Assembly (NCBI GenBank): GCA_964514085.1
Contig: CAZEPK010000002.1
Span: 1-46,238 of the forward strand
Origin: an uncultured Nocardioides sp.
GTDB lineage: Bacteria; Actinomycetota; Actinomycetes; Propionibacteriales; Nocardioidaceae
Direction: 5' to 3'
DNA: 46,238 nt
The translations under genes and the position numbers were made by a program. The notes beneath the pieces were generated by a model. That model saw nothing but the letters and a program-made list of their open reading frames with translations. It was not told the origin of the DNA and searched no databases. Each line of letters begins with the position of its first letter. Position 1 is the stretch's first letter. Positions 46,187 through 46,238 of the stretch are shown piece by piece.

Positions 46187-46225
46187 CGGTGGTTGAGGAG
46201 GTTGCGCAGCAACCGTCTCGAAACC
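46187..46225 (+). repeat. REP-like unit (partner probably beyond window edge)
   Basis: cggtggttgaggaggttgcgcagcaaccgtctcgaaacc, exact reverse complement of 20767-20805. Confidence 0.85.
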
Positions 46226-46238
46226 TCGCAACACGGTG

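Overview
High-GC actinobacterial chromosomal window (Nocardioides-like, judged from gene order and repeat style; inference). The conserved backbone is panG-like/panC/panD/nadB/nadC/coaX, lsr2, clpC, mutY, an Rv3587c-like gene and disA. It is interleaved with cell-surface glycan genes. (i) A ~16 kb cluster at 4.3-20.5 kb encodes several GT2/GT4 glycosyltransferases, a sulfotransferase-family protein, three methyltransferase domains, an AT3 acyltransferase, an epimerase, a coiled-coil protein and two GT-C-like membrane proteins. (ii) A four-gene GT2 / RgpF / AT3 / AlgJ-AlgX-like cassette sits between coaX and lsr2. (iii) Six secreted AlgJ/AlgX-like SGNH paralogues are packed between clpC and disA, with no MBOAT gene in the window; this is the most unusual feature. 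The left end holds a partial MBL-fold hydrolase and an OpuC/ProU-like ABC importer. Intergenic regions carry several palindromic repeat types, many with strand-specific GNA triloops and tandem G.A mismatches, and clpC has recognisable ClgR and SigH/SigR-type motifs. All calls are by eye from motifs; no database searches were run.
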